Source: Poseidonia sp. (GTDB taxonomy: Archaea > Thermoplasmatota > Poseidoniia > Poseidoniales > Poseidoniaceae). From it: 64,000 bases of DNA. Location of the stretch: positions 64,001 through 128,000 of the forward strand of contig CBFIDD010000002.1 in NCBI GenBank assembly GCA_965661285.1. The letters are read 5' to 3'. Position 1 is the stretch's first letter. Each line of letters begins with the position of its first letter. The translations under genes were made by a program, and so were the position numbers. Shown piece by piece: positions 36,578-45,721 of the stretch. The notes beneath the pieces are model-generated. The model did no database searches. It saw only the letters and a list, made by a program, of their open reading frames with translations, and had not been told where the DNA came from.

Positions 36578-37834
36578 ATGAGGAGCGTCTACGTCAATCT
36601 CGGACCGCTGGTTTCGTTTCGCAATACGCGCTCTCTCAAAAATGAATCTCCAGTAGAAGTTGCTGGGAAGGGATTTGTTGTAGTCGATGGTATAATCGAA
36701 TCAATCCAAGATTCAGCGTCCTTGATTGAGGAATATTCGATTTCTGGAGACGTCTCACCGAGCAATGGCGAAACCACATTTGTTGACCTTCAACACCAAG
36801 CCGTAGTTCCAGGACTCATTGATACACATACGCATCTCCTATGGGCAGGCGATCGCTCTCGAGAAATATCTTGGCGTCGCGAAGGGAAAACATATGCAGA
36901 GATTGCAAAATTGGGCGGTGGCATTCAGTATACGGTCAAACATACGAGGAACGCCTCGGCCGAACAGTTGCACCTTCTTGGTTGCAAGCGCTTGCGGGAG
37001 GCACTCTCTACGGGAACAACGCATCTTGAAGCCAAAAGCGGATACGGACTGAACGTCGAATCGGAGTTGCGACTTCTTGAGGTTGCTGACCGTCTGAACA
37101 ACATCGAACACACGCCGACCATTGATAGCACTTGGATGGGTGCTCATGACATCCCTAAGGGTGTACATCCCGAGGCGTATGTTGAGGAACTTATTTGCGA
37201 ACAACTACCGGCGGTTCGAGAGCAGGCGATCGCTCGTTCCGCTGATGTCTTCTGTGAACCTGGCTGGTTTTCCATTGAGCAGAGCGAACGAATTCTGTGT
37301 GCCTCTTCGGAGGCAGGGTTGGCGTTGCGCATGCATGTCGACGAGTTCGCGAATGGTGGGGGTGGAGCGTTAGCTGCCGACCTTGGTGTTGAGACCGCCG
37401 ACCATGCTTACCACACACCGCATGAGGTTCGTCTTCGAATGAAGGGCGCAGGCGTGAACACAGGCTTTCTGCCCGGCACACCGTATGCCATGGGCGATGC
37501 ATGGCCAAACATGGATGAAATTGTGGATGCCGACATCCCGTTCACCCTTGCAACAGATTTCAACCCCAACTGCCGAACACTCAGTCTTCCGTTCATGTGC
37601 TCGCTCATGGTGCAACGGTGCGGCATGCATCCGCTGCATGCTCTTGCCGCCGTCACTGTTCATGCTGCTGAGACCACGCCCCACCCTCTGGGAGTTCCAC
37701 ACGGCGTGCTTTGCGAAGGTGCCGCTGCAAATTTCAACGTCGTTGATGGCCCCCACTGGGAGTCGATGGTGCTCCGGCCTTCGTCCTCACCGTTTTCTTC
37801 GACCGTGCTCAACGGACATTTCATCGCTCATTGA
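36578..37834 (+). CDS. hutI: Imidazolonepropionase
   Basis: PGLIDTHTH, GGGI..TV..TR, EAKSGYGL, GAH, DVFCE, LATDFNP; start may be 36572. Confidence 0.93.
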   Translation: MRSVYVNLGPLVSFRNTRSLKNESPVEVAGKGFVVVDGIIESIQDSASLIEEYSISGDVSPSNGETTFVDLQHQAVVPGLIDTHTHLLWAGDRSREISWRREGKTYAEIAKLGGGIQYTVKHTRNASAEQLHLLGCKRLREALSTGTTHLEAKSGYGLNVESELRLLEVADRLNNIEHTPTIDSTWMGAHDIPKGVHPEAYVEELICEQLPAVREQAIARSADVFCEPGWFSIEQSERILCASSEAGLALRMHVDEFANGGGGALAADLGVETADHAYHTPHEVRLRMKGAGVNTGFLPGTPYAMGDAWPNMDEIVDADIPFTLATDFNPNCRTLSLPFMCSLMVQRCGMHPLHALAAVTVHAAETTPHPLGVPHGVLCEGAAANFNVVDGPHWESMVLRPSSSPFSSTVLNGHFIAH

Positions 37835-37903
37835 AATATTGAATTGACTGCATTAAATGCTGATTAAACTAAATCTTATTCAGGTGGCATCTAAGGTGAT
37901 TTC

Positions 37904-38236
37904 ATGGCATGGGTAGAAACGATCGTGTGTTCCGGAAAAAAGAACGTGAATGCGAGGGTTCGCCGAATGCTCAAAGCACGCCAGGAATACAAACGACGCC
38001 AACCGGGCTGCATTGGTGCATGGCTTGGTCTGGCAGCCGAAGACCCTTCGATGATGCTGGTTCAGTCCGCCTATGCATCCAAGGAAGATTGGCAACGAAT
38101 TTCGTCAGAGATTCAATCCACGCTTGACCGCGATGATGGCGGGATTGAGGGGCTTTTGCTCGGTCCTCCTCTGGTCGGTGTCTTTGAAATTCCCGATGAT
38201 GAACTCCAACATCTCACGTTTGGAGACTCTGATTGA
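37904..38236 (+). CDS. Hypothetical protein, possibly an ABM-like dimeric alpha/beta barrel
   Basis: 110 aa; RQPGCIGAWL..DPSMMLVQSAYASKEDW pattern resembles antibiotic biosynthesis monooxygenase proteins. Confidence 0.55.
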   Translation: MAWVETIVCSGKKNVNARVRRMLKARQEYKRRQPGCIGAWLGLAAEDPSMMLVQSAYASKEDWQRISSEIQSTLDRDDGGIEGLLLGPPLVGVFEIPDDELQHLTFGDSD

Positions 38237-38488
38237 TTTCTCGTGCTACGTAGCGTCGCATAATGTGAGTTATGCGACATTGGATTGGAATGCCGAGGGG
38301 GTCGGGGAATTTGGGGTATGAAAATTGTCTTGCAGTGAAGCGTTTTCATCACAGAAGTTTTCCATGAAACCCAATAAATCCAGAATATCGGCCTTTGACC
38401 CCCCACTTGAAGCGTGAAAACGACGGATTTTCGCGAATAGCCATGGAAAGGATTCAATATCCCCCTAGGCTCGCCAAGGATGAGTATC

Positions 38489-38641
38489 ATGTCAGCTGTC
38501 GAGGGCTACTGTATGAAGTGCAAAACCTACGGCCCGATAAGGGATGGAAAAAAGATTGTCATGTCAAACGGACGCACGCGTATGGCAGGCTTCTGTTCCC
38601 AGCCAGGTTGTATTGGCAAGATCTCAAAGATCATCGGTTGA
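38489..38641 (+). CDS. Small basic zinc-ribbon protein, DUF5679-like (50 aa), absent from the ORF track
   Basis: Manual translation MSAVEGYCMKCKTYGPIRDGKKIVMSNGRTRMAGFCSQPGCIGKISKIIG*; YCxKC..M.NGR..G.C..C; alternative in-frame ATG at 38480. Confidence 0.8.
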   Translation: MSAVEGYCMKCKTYGPIRDGKKIVMSNGRTRMAGFCSQPGCIGKISKIIG

Positions 38642-38668
38642 TTGTTGGACGAGAACTCACCGAATTGG

Positions 38669-38675
38669 TTTAATA
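38669..38675 (+). promoter_or_regulatory. Canonical TATA box (TTTAATA) of tRNA-Val
   Basis: 28-34 nt upstream of the tRNA 5' end. Confidence 0.55.
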
Positions 38676-38702
38676 GAAATGGCCGGTGGGTCAGTCTACC
38701 TA

Positions 38703-38779
38703 GGGCTCGTGGTCTAGGGGTTTATGACGTTGCCTTGACATGGCAAAGATCGAGAGTTCGATTCTCTCCGAGCCCACCA
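38703..38779 (+). tRNA. tRNA-Val(GAC), intronless, with encoded CCA
   Basis: Acceptor stem GGGCTCG/CGAGCCC; anticodon arm TTGCC-TTGACAT-GGCAA; T arm GAGAG-TTCGATT-CTCTC; ends ACCA; G at position 15. Confidence 0.96.
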
Positions 38780-38862
38780 ATCCATTTCATGGACACTAGT
38801 GAATAGCGTTCAATTATTTCTCAAAAAAGAAATAGTGTTAATTCCCTTGAAATGAGAATTGC

Positions 38863-39231
38863 TTAATTTTCATCATCTTCCAAGATTTCGGGTTCAGGCA
38901 ATTCAAGTGTGGTCACGGGAGGTTCATCCTCCTCGTCAAAACTGAAATCCGTGGATCCGCCATCCCAGGTCCGAACGTCCTCGGATTCGTCAAATTTCTC
39001 ATCGGGAATGGTCGCGTTCGGGCCAACTGAGTATATCCTGGGATCAATGGATTGCGTGGTGATGGTTTCCTGGATTTCCGCAGGCGTTGGCGCCTCTCGT
39101 TCTTCCATGATGCCGCCGGCGTGAAACGTTCCACACTCCGAGCACCTGTACATCCCCTTCCTGTCAAAACAGCCACATACGGGGCAAACGGCATAGCCGA
39201 ACAACTGTTCGAGAGGATCCTTCGTTGTCAT
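38863..39231 (-). CDS. Zinc-finger protein with an acidic tail
   Basis: CPVC..RCSEC, then an Asp/Glu-rich C-terminus; starts a few nt after the stop of the EF-hand gene. Confidence 0.7.
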   Translation of the reverse strand: MTTKDPLEQLFGYAVCPVCGCFDRKGMYRCSECGTFHAGGIMEEREAPTPAEIQETITTQSIDPRIYSVGPNATIPDEKFDESEDVRTWDGGSTDFSFDEEDEPPVTTLELPEPEILEDDEN

Positions 39232-39235
39232 GGAC

Positions 39236-41062
39236 TCACTCAACGAACATGTCCTCTTGATATCCGGTGACCAAGTCGCCAGTGCCGTCTTCCTCGATGG
39301 TCACCGTGCCTTCGTCATCATCAAATTCAACAATCGTCCCAAAGACTTCCTCGTCATCAAACACAATGCCAATGTGCGAACCGATGTCGATTTCGTCATC
39401 ATCGTCTTGTTCGTCTTCCTCGTCTTCGTCCCCGTAGTCCTCTTCGCTGTCTTCGTCATCGTACATGTCATCGTCATCAGCAGCCTCTTCCGTTGATCCG
39501 TCCTCATCGTCGTCAACGGATTCCTCATCATCTTCGGCATCATCCTTGGTGTGAGCAGAGCCCGCTGCTTCAGATTTGTCTTCTTCAAATTCTTTCATGG
39601 CCTTAGCCCTTGCCCTCCACCCCGGTGCTTTCACCAAGTGCAGGAACAAGGTCGTCCCTAAACCTATGACGGATATGAGAATGAAGAGGATGCCATCCCA
39701 GTAGAATCCAGTTGGCATGGACAAAGAACCATTGTCGCCCGAAAGTGGTGTCAGTGAGTTCTGGCAACCATCTTTCTGGAACTTTTCATCACAAGGATAG
39801 ATGTCACCTTCTGCGATGTTGCCGCTGGGAATGAGGCCGGAATCGTTTGGTTCATAGGCAATGTTTCCGCCAGAACCGTCCACAAACCCGAACATTCCGT
39901 TGGCGATGAAAATGACCATGAGGATGCCGAAGCCAACATGAAGAATTGGCCAAACTGAATCGTTCCATGTCTTCGACATCATTCGCTTTTGCCAAGGGGA
40001 CGGGAAGACCTTTTCCTCAACCAATTCCTCGATGGTTTCGTAATCCTCCATGGATGCGATGAATTCGGTGACATCAATCATGTCATCGCCATCGACGTCA
40101 ATGCTTCGCATGATCGCATCAACCTCGTCTCCATCAAGCGTTTCTCCGTATTTCTCTGCGAGCTCATTTCGTAGTTCTGCCAAGGAAATCATGCCGTTTC
40201 CATCAGCATCAAGTTCGTTGAAAAGCCGCTGAGCTGATATGTCGTGGTCGTCCATGAGGTTCGCAAGGGCCGAAAGTGGGTGGTACGCGTTTGGAGCATC
40301 AACTTCATTGGAGGTTTCTTCTGTCGATTCTTCATCCGCGAGGTCGATTTCCTCATCTTCATCAATTTCAAACGTTTCGCCCTCAATGTCATGTTCATCT
40401 TCGTCGGATACATCGTCAACATGCTCGTGAACTTCTGCATCCTCGTGAACGTCAGCATCGCTCAGGTCTCCCAAAACCACGCTTTCAGACGCTGCTTCTT
40501 CCTCATCAGGGGCGTCCACGGATTCTTCTTCTGCTTCTGGTTCTTCGGTATCCACCGATGCCGTTTCATCGCCCTCGTTCTCTGAATCATCGGCTGCAGG
40601 AGGTACATCATCACCCATCAAAATCTGGTCAAATTCGTCAAGGTCGATCAAGCCGTTTCCGTCAGCGTCAATCTCGGAGACCAGACGGTCGACTTGTGAT
40701 GGCGGCAAATCGGCAAGATTGAGGCTAAGAAGGCCGGCTCGCAATTCATCAGAATCAATGGTGCCGTCACTGTTATCGTCAAATTTATCGAACAGTTTCC
40801 GGATGTTTATGCCCGTTTCAGCAACCCATTTACGGAGGATATCAACAACATCGTCTGCGACGAAGAGAACGCCACACTCGGGGCATTGCGTCGAGTCCAA
40901 CGGAACCAATGAATTGCATGCGCCACACTCTCCGAGAGCTTCATCTGAAAGGCCTGAAAAATTGGTGCCACATTCTGGACATTCGGTTGAATCGATTGGG
41001 ATGACCGCTCGACATGCACCACATTCAGCCATGGAGGCTGCATCGTTTTCTTCGTCCGCCAT
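39236..41062 (-). CDS. Membrane protein with a double zinc ribbon, four EF-hands, two TM helices and an SH3/KOW-like C-terminus
   Basis: CGAC..CPEC and CGAC..CPEC; EF loops DDNSDGTIDSDE, DADGNGLIDLDE, DADGNGMISLAE, DVDGDDMIDVTE; two hydrophobic helices; alternative ATG at 41074. Confidence 0.85.
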   Translation of the reverse strand: MADEENDAASMAECGACRAVIPIDSTECPECGTNFSGLSDEALGECGACNSLVPLDSTQCPECGVLFVADDVVDILRKWVAETGINIRKLFDKFDDNSDGTIDSDELRAGLLSLNLADLPPSQVDRLVSEIDADGNGLIDLDEFDQILMGDDVPPAADDSENEGDETASVDTEEPEAEEESVDAPDEEEAASESVVLGDLSDADVHEDAEVHEHVDDVSDEDEHDIEGETFEIDEDEEIDLADEESTEETSNEVDAPNAYHPLSALANLMDDHDISAQRLFNELDADGNGMISLAELRNELAEKYGETLDGDEVDAIMRSIDVDGDDMIDVTEFIASMEDYETIEELVEEKVFPSPWQKRMMSKTWNDSVWPILHVGFGILMVIFIANGMFGFVDGSGGNIAYEPNDSGLIPSGNIAEGDIYPCDEKFQKDGCQNSLTPLSGDNGSLSMPTGFYWDGILFILISVIGLGTTLFLHLVKAPGWRARAKAMKEFEEDKSEAAGSAHTKDDAEDDEESVDDDEDGSTEEAADDDDMYDDEDSEEDYGDEDEEDEQDDDDEIDIGSHIGIVFDDEEVFGTIVEFDDDEGTVTIEEDGTGDLVTGYQEDMFVE

Positions 41063-41177
41063 CTTTCCACCCATTCTCACCACGGGAAGTGGCAATATAA
41101 TAATTGATGGAGATTATCAAGGCCGAGCAGTAATTCCTTAGGACCCCTCATCCTCGTCAAGAACCGGGAGGCGTTGA

Positions 41178-42044
41178 ATGGCTGGTATGCAAACGTTTGA
41201 CGCCTCACGTCCAGAGGATGTCTATCTTCATCTTGACGATGAGATTGAGGATGCTGAACGCGCAGTGTATTGTTACAGTCGTTTGCCCATGCGCCAACTG
41301 CTTCGCTTCATCCCGACCAACCGCTCAGAAATGTGGTGGCTTTCCGACCATGACACGCCGCGTTCCATCCTGCCTCACCCGGATGTGGTGTACGAACACA
41401 TCAACGATAACACGCGAAATCCGACGTCTCTGGTGATCCTTGAGGGATTGGATTGGTTTGTGCGTCGGACAGACGAGGGTGCGACCTTGGCCATGCTTCA
41501 GGCCCTCGACGCCATTTCAAGGGAACGTGATTTTCGCCTCATACTTGCATGCGACTCACTCACACTGAACACAACGTTTTGGGCCAGAGTGTGCAGTTTA
41601 GCTCCGAGGATAGCCATTTCTCCGACCACGCCAGCATCCGGTGTGCCAAGCCCTGAGACCGTTGAGGCCGAGGATGAATCCGAATTATCTCATGCGCAGA
41701 ACCCTGCCCCCGAAGACACCGTGCTCGCTCATCTTGTCCAACTTCCGCGCCACGGGTTTACCCATGCTGTCCTGGCCCGACGAATGCTGCAGTGGAAGCG
41801 AATGGGATTTGATCTCGCCGCACTCGAGCCGGCCATGGCGGCAACAAACATGGACAAAGCACACATGATTTACGCCACTGTTGAGTCTGATATCACGACT
41901 GCCATCGATTCGGTTCGTTTAATTGAGGACCATCGTGCAGACCTCAGTGTAAGCGAACGCGAACGATTCAATTATCGGCTGATGGCACTTACTGACGTGG
42001 CGGAAACATCAGCGGAACTTACCAACTTGCTGTCATCGAGGTAA
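41178..42044 (+). CDS. DUF835-like (degenerate RecA/KaiC-fold) protein
   Basis: SRLP..WLS..LVILEGLDWF..LILACD pattern; no Walker A; helical C-terminus with QWKRMGFDL. Confidence 0.55.
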   Translation: MAGMQTFDASRPEDVYLHLDDEIEDAERAVYCYSRLPMRQLLRFIPTNRSEMWWLSDHDTPRSILPHPDVVYEHINDNTRNPTSLVILEGLDWFVRRTDEGATLAMLQALDAISRERDFRLILACDSLTLNTTFWARVCSLAPRIAISPTTPASGVPSPETVEAEDESELSHAQNPAPEDTVLAHLVQLPRHGFTHAVLARRMLQWKRMGFDLAALEPAMAATNMDKAHMIYATVESDITTAIDSVRLIEDHRADLSVSERERFNYRLMALTDVAETSAELTNLLSSR

Positions 42045-43586
42045 TCGACCGTGCTCTGCTTCAATCCGAGCGAGCCAGCCACCGGTTCGAAGGGCAGATG
42101 CGAGTTGTTGCAGTTCCGCAGAGGTCGAACGATCTGCTACCAGTGGGCCAGAGATTGTACGGACGCGTTCCACCAATCCTCGAACATGGGTCGATGTTGA
42201 CGCCGTAGCGTGCTCCAAGGCCTCCACGGCAATCAGAAGTTCGCAGGCGAGGACTTCTGACAAGCGAGTGACGGCACATCGAAGATTCCAAGCAGCTGTG
42301 GCCCCCATGCTGACGTGGTCTTCCTGTCCCGCCGATGTTGTTGTGGAAAATGCACTTCTCGGGGACGCATGTCCGTGAAGTTCAGCAAGGGACGAACCTG
42401 CGACGTATTGGACGATCATCAGGCCGGATTCAAGACCCGAATTTTTCGCAAGGAAAGCAGGAAGTCCACTTCGAGCGGGATCCAACATTTGGTCCATTCT
42501 CCGTTCAGAAATCGAACCCAATTCAAACGCTGCCAAACTCATGGCATCGCAGGTGAGGGCGATAATTTCTCCATGGAAATTCCCCTGAGATACAACTTCG
42601 TGGGCGCCGGGGTTCGCAGGCTCTGGGAAAATGAGTGGATTGTCTGTAGCGCTGTTCAGTTCAATGTTCAGCACCTCACCGAGGCGCTGGTAGGTTTCGT
42701 ACACGGCACCGTGGACTTGCGGGGCACAACGGAATGAATAGGCATCCTGAACCCGGTCACAATCTTTGTGTTCGTGCATAATTTGAGAATCCGACAACAT
42801 CGTTCGGAGGCGATTGGCGACGACTGTCTGTCCCGGGTGGGCTCTGGCATCGTGTACTTCTGGTCTTGACGGCGTGAGGCTGCATGACCGAGCATCCATC
42901 GACGTGCTGAGAATCAAATCAGACAGAATAAGGAGGTCGCTCAGTTCTTGATACGCCATCGTTGCATAGGCTGTCATTTGACTGGTTCCATTGATGAGGG
43001 AAAGACCATCTTTCGCTGTCAGTTCAACGGCGATCAGCCCGCTGTCAAACAACACCTGATCTGTTGGTACGGCCTTCCCTTCGACGAGGACCTCGCCTTC
43101 GCCGATAAGTGCAAGCGCAAGATGAGAAAGAGGGGCCAAATCACCGCTCGCTCCAAGACTACCGATGCGCGGCACGGCGGGGTGTATGTTGTTGTTGAGG
43201 TACAGGACGAGTTGTCGAATGCAGTCAGGGTGGATGCCTGAATGGCCCTTGCACAAACTGTTGAGGCGGACGACCATCATTGCACGAACGGCCTCAACGC
43301 TCATCAAATCGCCAAGAGCCGTGGCATGGGAGCGTACCAAATTAAGCTGCAACTCAGCCAGGTCCTCGTTTGAAATGCGCTGGTGGACAAGTGCACCAAA
43401 GCCTGTGTTGATCCCATAAACCGTTTCGCCCGTGGCAACAATCCGGTCGACAACACCACGTGCCGCATGTATTCTAGGCCATGCATCCTCAGACACCTCA
43501 ACCAAAGCCTGTTGTCGGGCCACCATCATGACTTCTTGCGTCGAGAGTGTGTTGCCGTCAGCGTAAATTACAGGGCGTTCAATCAT
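42033..43586 (-). CDS. hutH: Histidine ammonia-lyase
   Basis: VYGINTGFG, GSLGASGDLAPL (MIO), QDAYSFRC.PQ, NSATDNP, GNFHG, QEDHVSMG; start ATG 43586. Confidence 0.96.
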   Translation of the reverse strand: MIERPVIYADGNTLSTQEVMMVARQQALVEVSEDAWPRIHAARGVVDRIVATGETVYGINTGFGALVHQRISNEDLAELQLNLVRSHATALGDLMSVEAVRAMMVVRLNSLCKGHSGIHPDCIRQLVLYLNNNIHPAVPRIGSLGASGDLAPLSHLALALIGEGEVLVEGKAVPTDQVLFDSGLIAVELTAKDGLSLINGTSQMTAYATMAYQELSDLLILSDLILSTSMDARSCSLTPSRPEVHDARAHPGQTVVANRLRTMLSDSQIMHEHKDCDRVQDAYSFRCAPQVHGAVYETYQRLGEVLNIELNSATDNPLIFPEPANPGAHEVVSQGNFHGEIIALTCDAMSLAAFELGSISERRMDQMLDPARSGLPAFLAKNSGLESGLMIVQYVAGSSLAELHGHASPRSAFSTTTSAGQEDHVSMGATAAWNLRCAVTRLSEVLACELLIAVEALEHATASTSTHVRGLVERVRTISGPLVADRSTSAELQQLASALRTGGWLARIEAEHGRLPR

Positions 43587-45615
43587 TCTCCCAACCTCCG
43601 AGTGTATCGAGAACATCGGTTGAAACCTCATTGGGCAACGTGACCCGCAATTTTGGTTCGTCCTCCATCGCCCGTTGAATGGCAGATACAGCGCCGTGAT
43701 TTCGGGCCCAAGCTCTTCGAGCGACACCGTTGTTGACATCCCAATGAAGCATGCTTTCCAAGCGACGGCCGGCTTCCTTAGAACCGTCCAAGAGCATACC
43801 AAAACCACCGTTGATGACCTCGCCCCAACCAACGCCGCCGCCGTTATGCAAACTCACCCACGTGGCGCCGCGAAACGCATCTCCAATGGCATTTTGGACG
43901 GCCATGTCGGCGGTAAACATGGAACCGTCCCGTATGTTCGCCGTTTCACGATAGGGGCTGTCCGTACCCGATACGTCGTGATGGTCTCGTCCGAGAACGA
44001 CAGGTGCGGAAAGAATACCACTGGCAATGGCCTCGTTCATGGCCATGGCGATTCTTCGCCGGCCGACGTCGTCTGCGTAGAGAATGCGTGCTTGACTGCC
44101 GACGACCAGATTATTTTCTTCGGCTTGTTCAATCCAACGTATGTTGTCGTTGATTTGTTGTCGAACGTCATCGGTGGCATGCGGAAGCATCGACCGAAGG
44201 ACATCGGCAGCGATCTCATCGGTCATGGCAAGGTCGCGTGGGTCACCGCTCGTGCACACCCAACGGTAGGGGCCAAAGCCGTAATCAAAACACATTGGTC
44301 CCATGATATCTTCAACATACGAAGGATAAACGAACGATCCGTCCGGCTTCAGTACATCTGCACCTACACGGGAGGCTTCGAGCAAAAATGCATTACCGTA
44401 GTCCCAGAAATACATGCCGCGCTCAGCCATGGTGTTGATGGCAGCCGCATGACGGCGAAGCGTGGCTTGAACTTCGGATTTGAACCGTTCTGGCTCTTCT
44501 GAGAGCATGGTTGAACTTTCTTCATAGGTTCTGTCCGCTGGGAAATAACCGCCTTGGTAGGGGTTGTGGAGGCTCGTCTGATCGCTTCCAAGGTCGACGT
44601 TGATGTTTCGCTCCACACAACGTTCCCACAATTCTACGATGTTTCCGATGAGTCCGATGGATATCGTTTCCTTGGCTTCGGCAGCGCTCACCATTTGGTC
44701 AATGGCTTCATCAATGGAATCGGTGACCGAGGTCAGCCAACCTTGTTCGTGGCGTTTGTGTGCTGCATGGGCGTTGGTTTCTGCAATGATGCATGCAGCT
44801 CCTGCAATGGTGGCGGCTTTTGCCTGAGCACCCGACATGCCTCCTAGGCCACTCGTGACGAAGGTGATCCCTGAGAGGTCGGCATCTTCGTCAAGACCGA
44901 GATGCAAGCGCGCTGCGTTGAGCAACGTAATGGTCGTACCGTGGACAATACCTTGCGGTCCAATGTACATGTAAGACCCTGCCGTCATTTGTCCATATTG
45001 GGTGACGCCAAGAGCATTCATGCGTTCATATTCATCTTGGGATGAATAATTTGGTATGACCATACCGTTGGTGACCACGACTCGAGGTGCCTCGGAATTG
45101 GAGGGGAACAAGCCCAACGGATGGCCCGAATACATGACCAAGGTTTGGTCGTCCTCCATTTCACAGAGATACTTCATCACCAGCCGATATTGAGCCCAGT
45201 TCTGAAACACTGAGCCATTGCCGCCGTAGGTGATGAGTTCGTGCGGGAATTGCGCAACGGCCGGATCCAGGTTGTTGTGTATCATGAGCATAATTGCGGC
45301 AGCTTGTTTTGATTTGGCGGGATAAGCATCAAGCGGGTAGGCCTTCATCGCGTGAGATGTGGGTCGGTATCTACGCATCAGCACCCTTCCGTAGGTGTTG
45401 AGTTCTTCGAGGAATTCTTCTGCGAGCACACCGTGGTGTTGTGGTGGGATATATCTCAGTGCGTTTCGTATGGCTAATTTTTTATCAGTGGGCGTGAGGA
45501 TTTGTCGTCGGTTGGGTGCGTGGTCAACGTTGGAATCTAGCCCAGGGTGTGGAGGCAACTCGTCGGGAATCCCTTCCCGTACCGATGCTTGCATGCGAAG
45601 AACTTCTTCCTCCAT
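43579..45615 (-). CDS. hutU: Urocanate hydratase, long form
   Basis: ELITYGG, YGQMTAGS..YIGPQGIVHGT, GLGGMSGAQ, DQTSLHN, GRDHHD, HNGGGVG; about 678 aa. Confidence 0.96.
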   Translation of the reverse strand: MEEEVLRMQASVREGIPDELPPHPGLDSNVDHAPNRRQILTPTDKKLAIRNALRYIPPQHHGVLAEEFLEELNTYGRVLMRRYRPTSHAMKAYPLDAYPAKSKQAAAIMLMIHNNLDPAVAQFPHELITYGGNGSVFQNWAQYRLVMKYLCEMEDDQTLVMYSGHPLGLFPSNSEAPRVVVTNGMVIPNYSSQDEYERMNALGVTQYGQMTAGSYMYIGPQGIVHGTTITLLNAARLHLGLDEDADLSGITFVTSGLGGMSGAQAKAATIAGAACIIAETNAHAAHKRHEQGWLTSVTDSIDEAIDQMVSAAEAKETISIGLIGNIVELWERCVERNINVDLGSDQTSLHNPYQGGYFPADRTYEESSTMLSEEPERFKSEVQATLRRHAAAINTMAERGMYFWDYGNAFLLEASRVGADVLKPDGSFVYPSYVEDIMGPMCFDYGFGPYRWVCTSGDPRDLAMTDEIAADVLRSMLPHATDDVRQQINDNIRWIEQAEENNLVVGSQARILYADDVGRRRIAMAMNEAIASGILSAPVVLGRDHHDVSGTDSPYRETANIRDGSMFTADMAVQNAIGDAFRGATWVSLHNGGGVGWGEVINGGFGMLLDGSKEAGRRLESMLHWDVNNGVARRAWARNHGAVSAIQRAMEDEPKLRVTLPNEVSTDVLDTLGGWEND

Positions 45616-45721
45616 GAACAACCTACGAGGAGGGATGTCCTTGAGGCTTGTTCTTTTTCTTGATGGAACGGCCCATGCATAACATCAAAAACAGGTTCCA
45701 ATGACCTTGTTTTGAGTCGCC

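Noticed and set aside
38703-38860. Integrated element at tRNA-Val
   Set aside because: The flank is AT-rich, but there is no integrase and I saw no duplicate of the tRNA 3' end in the window.
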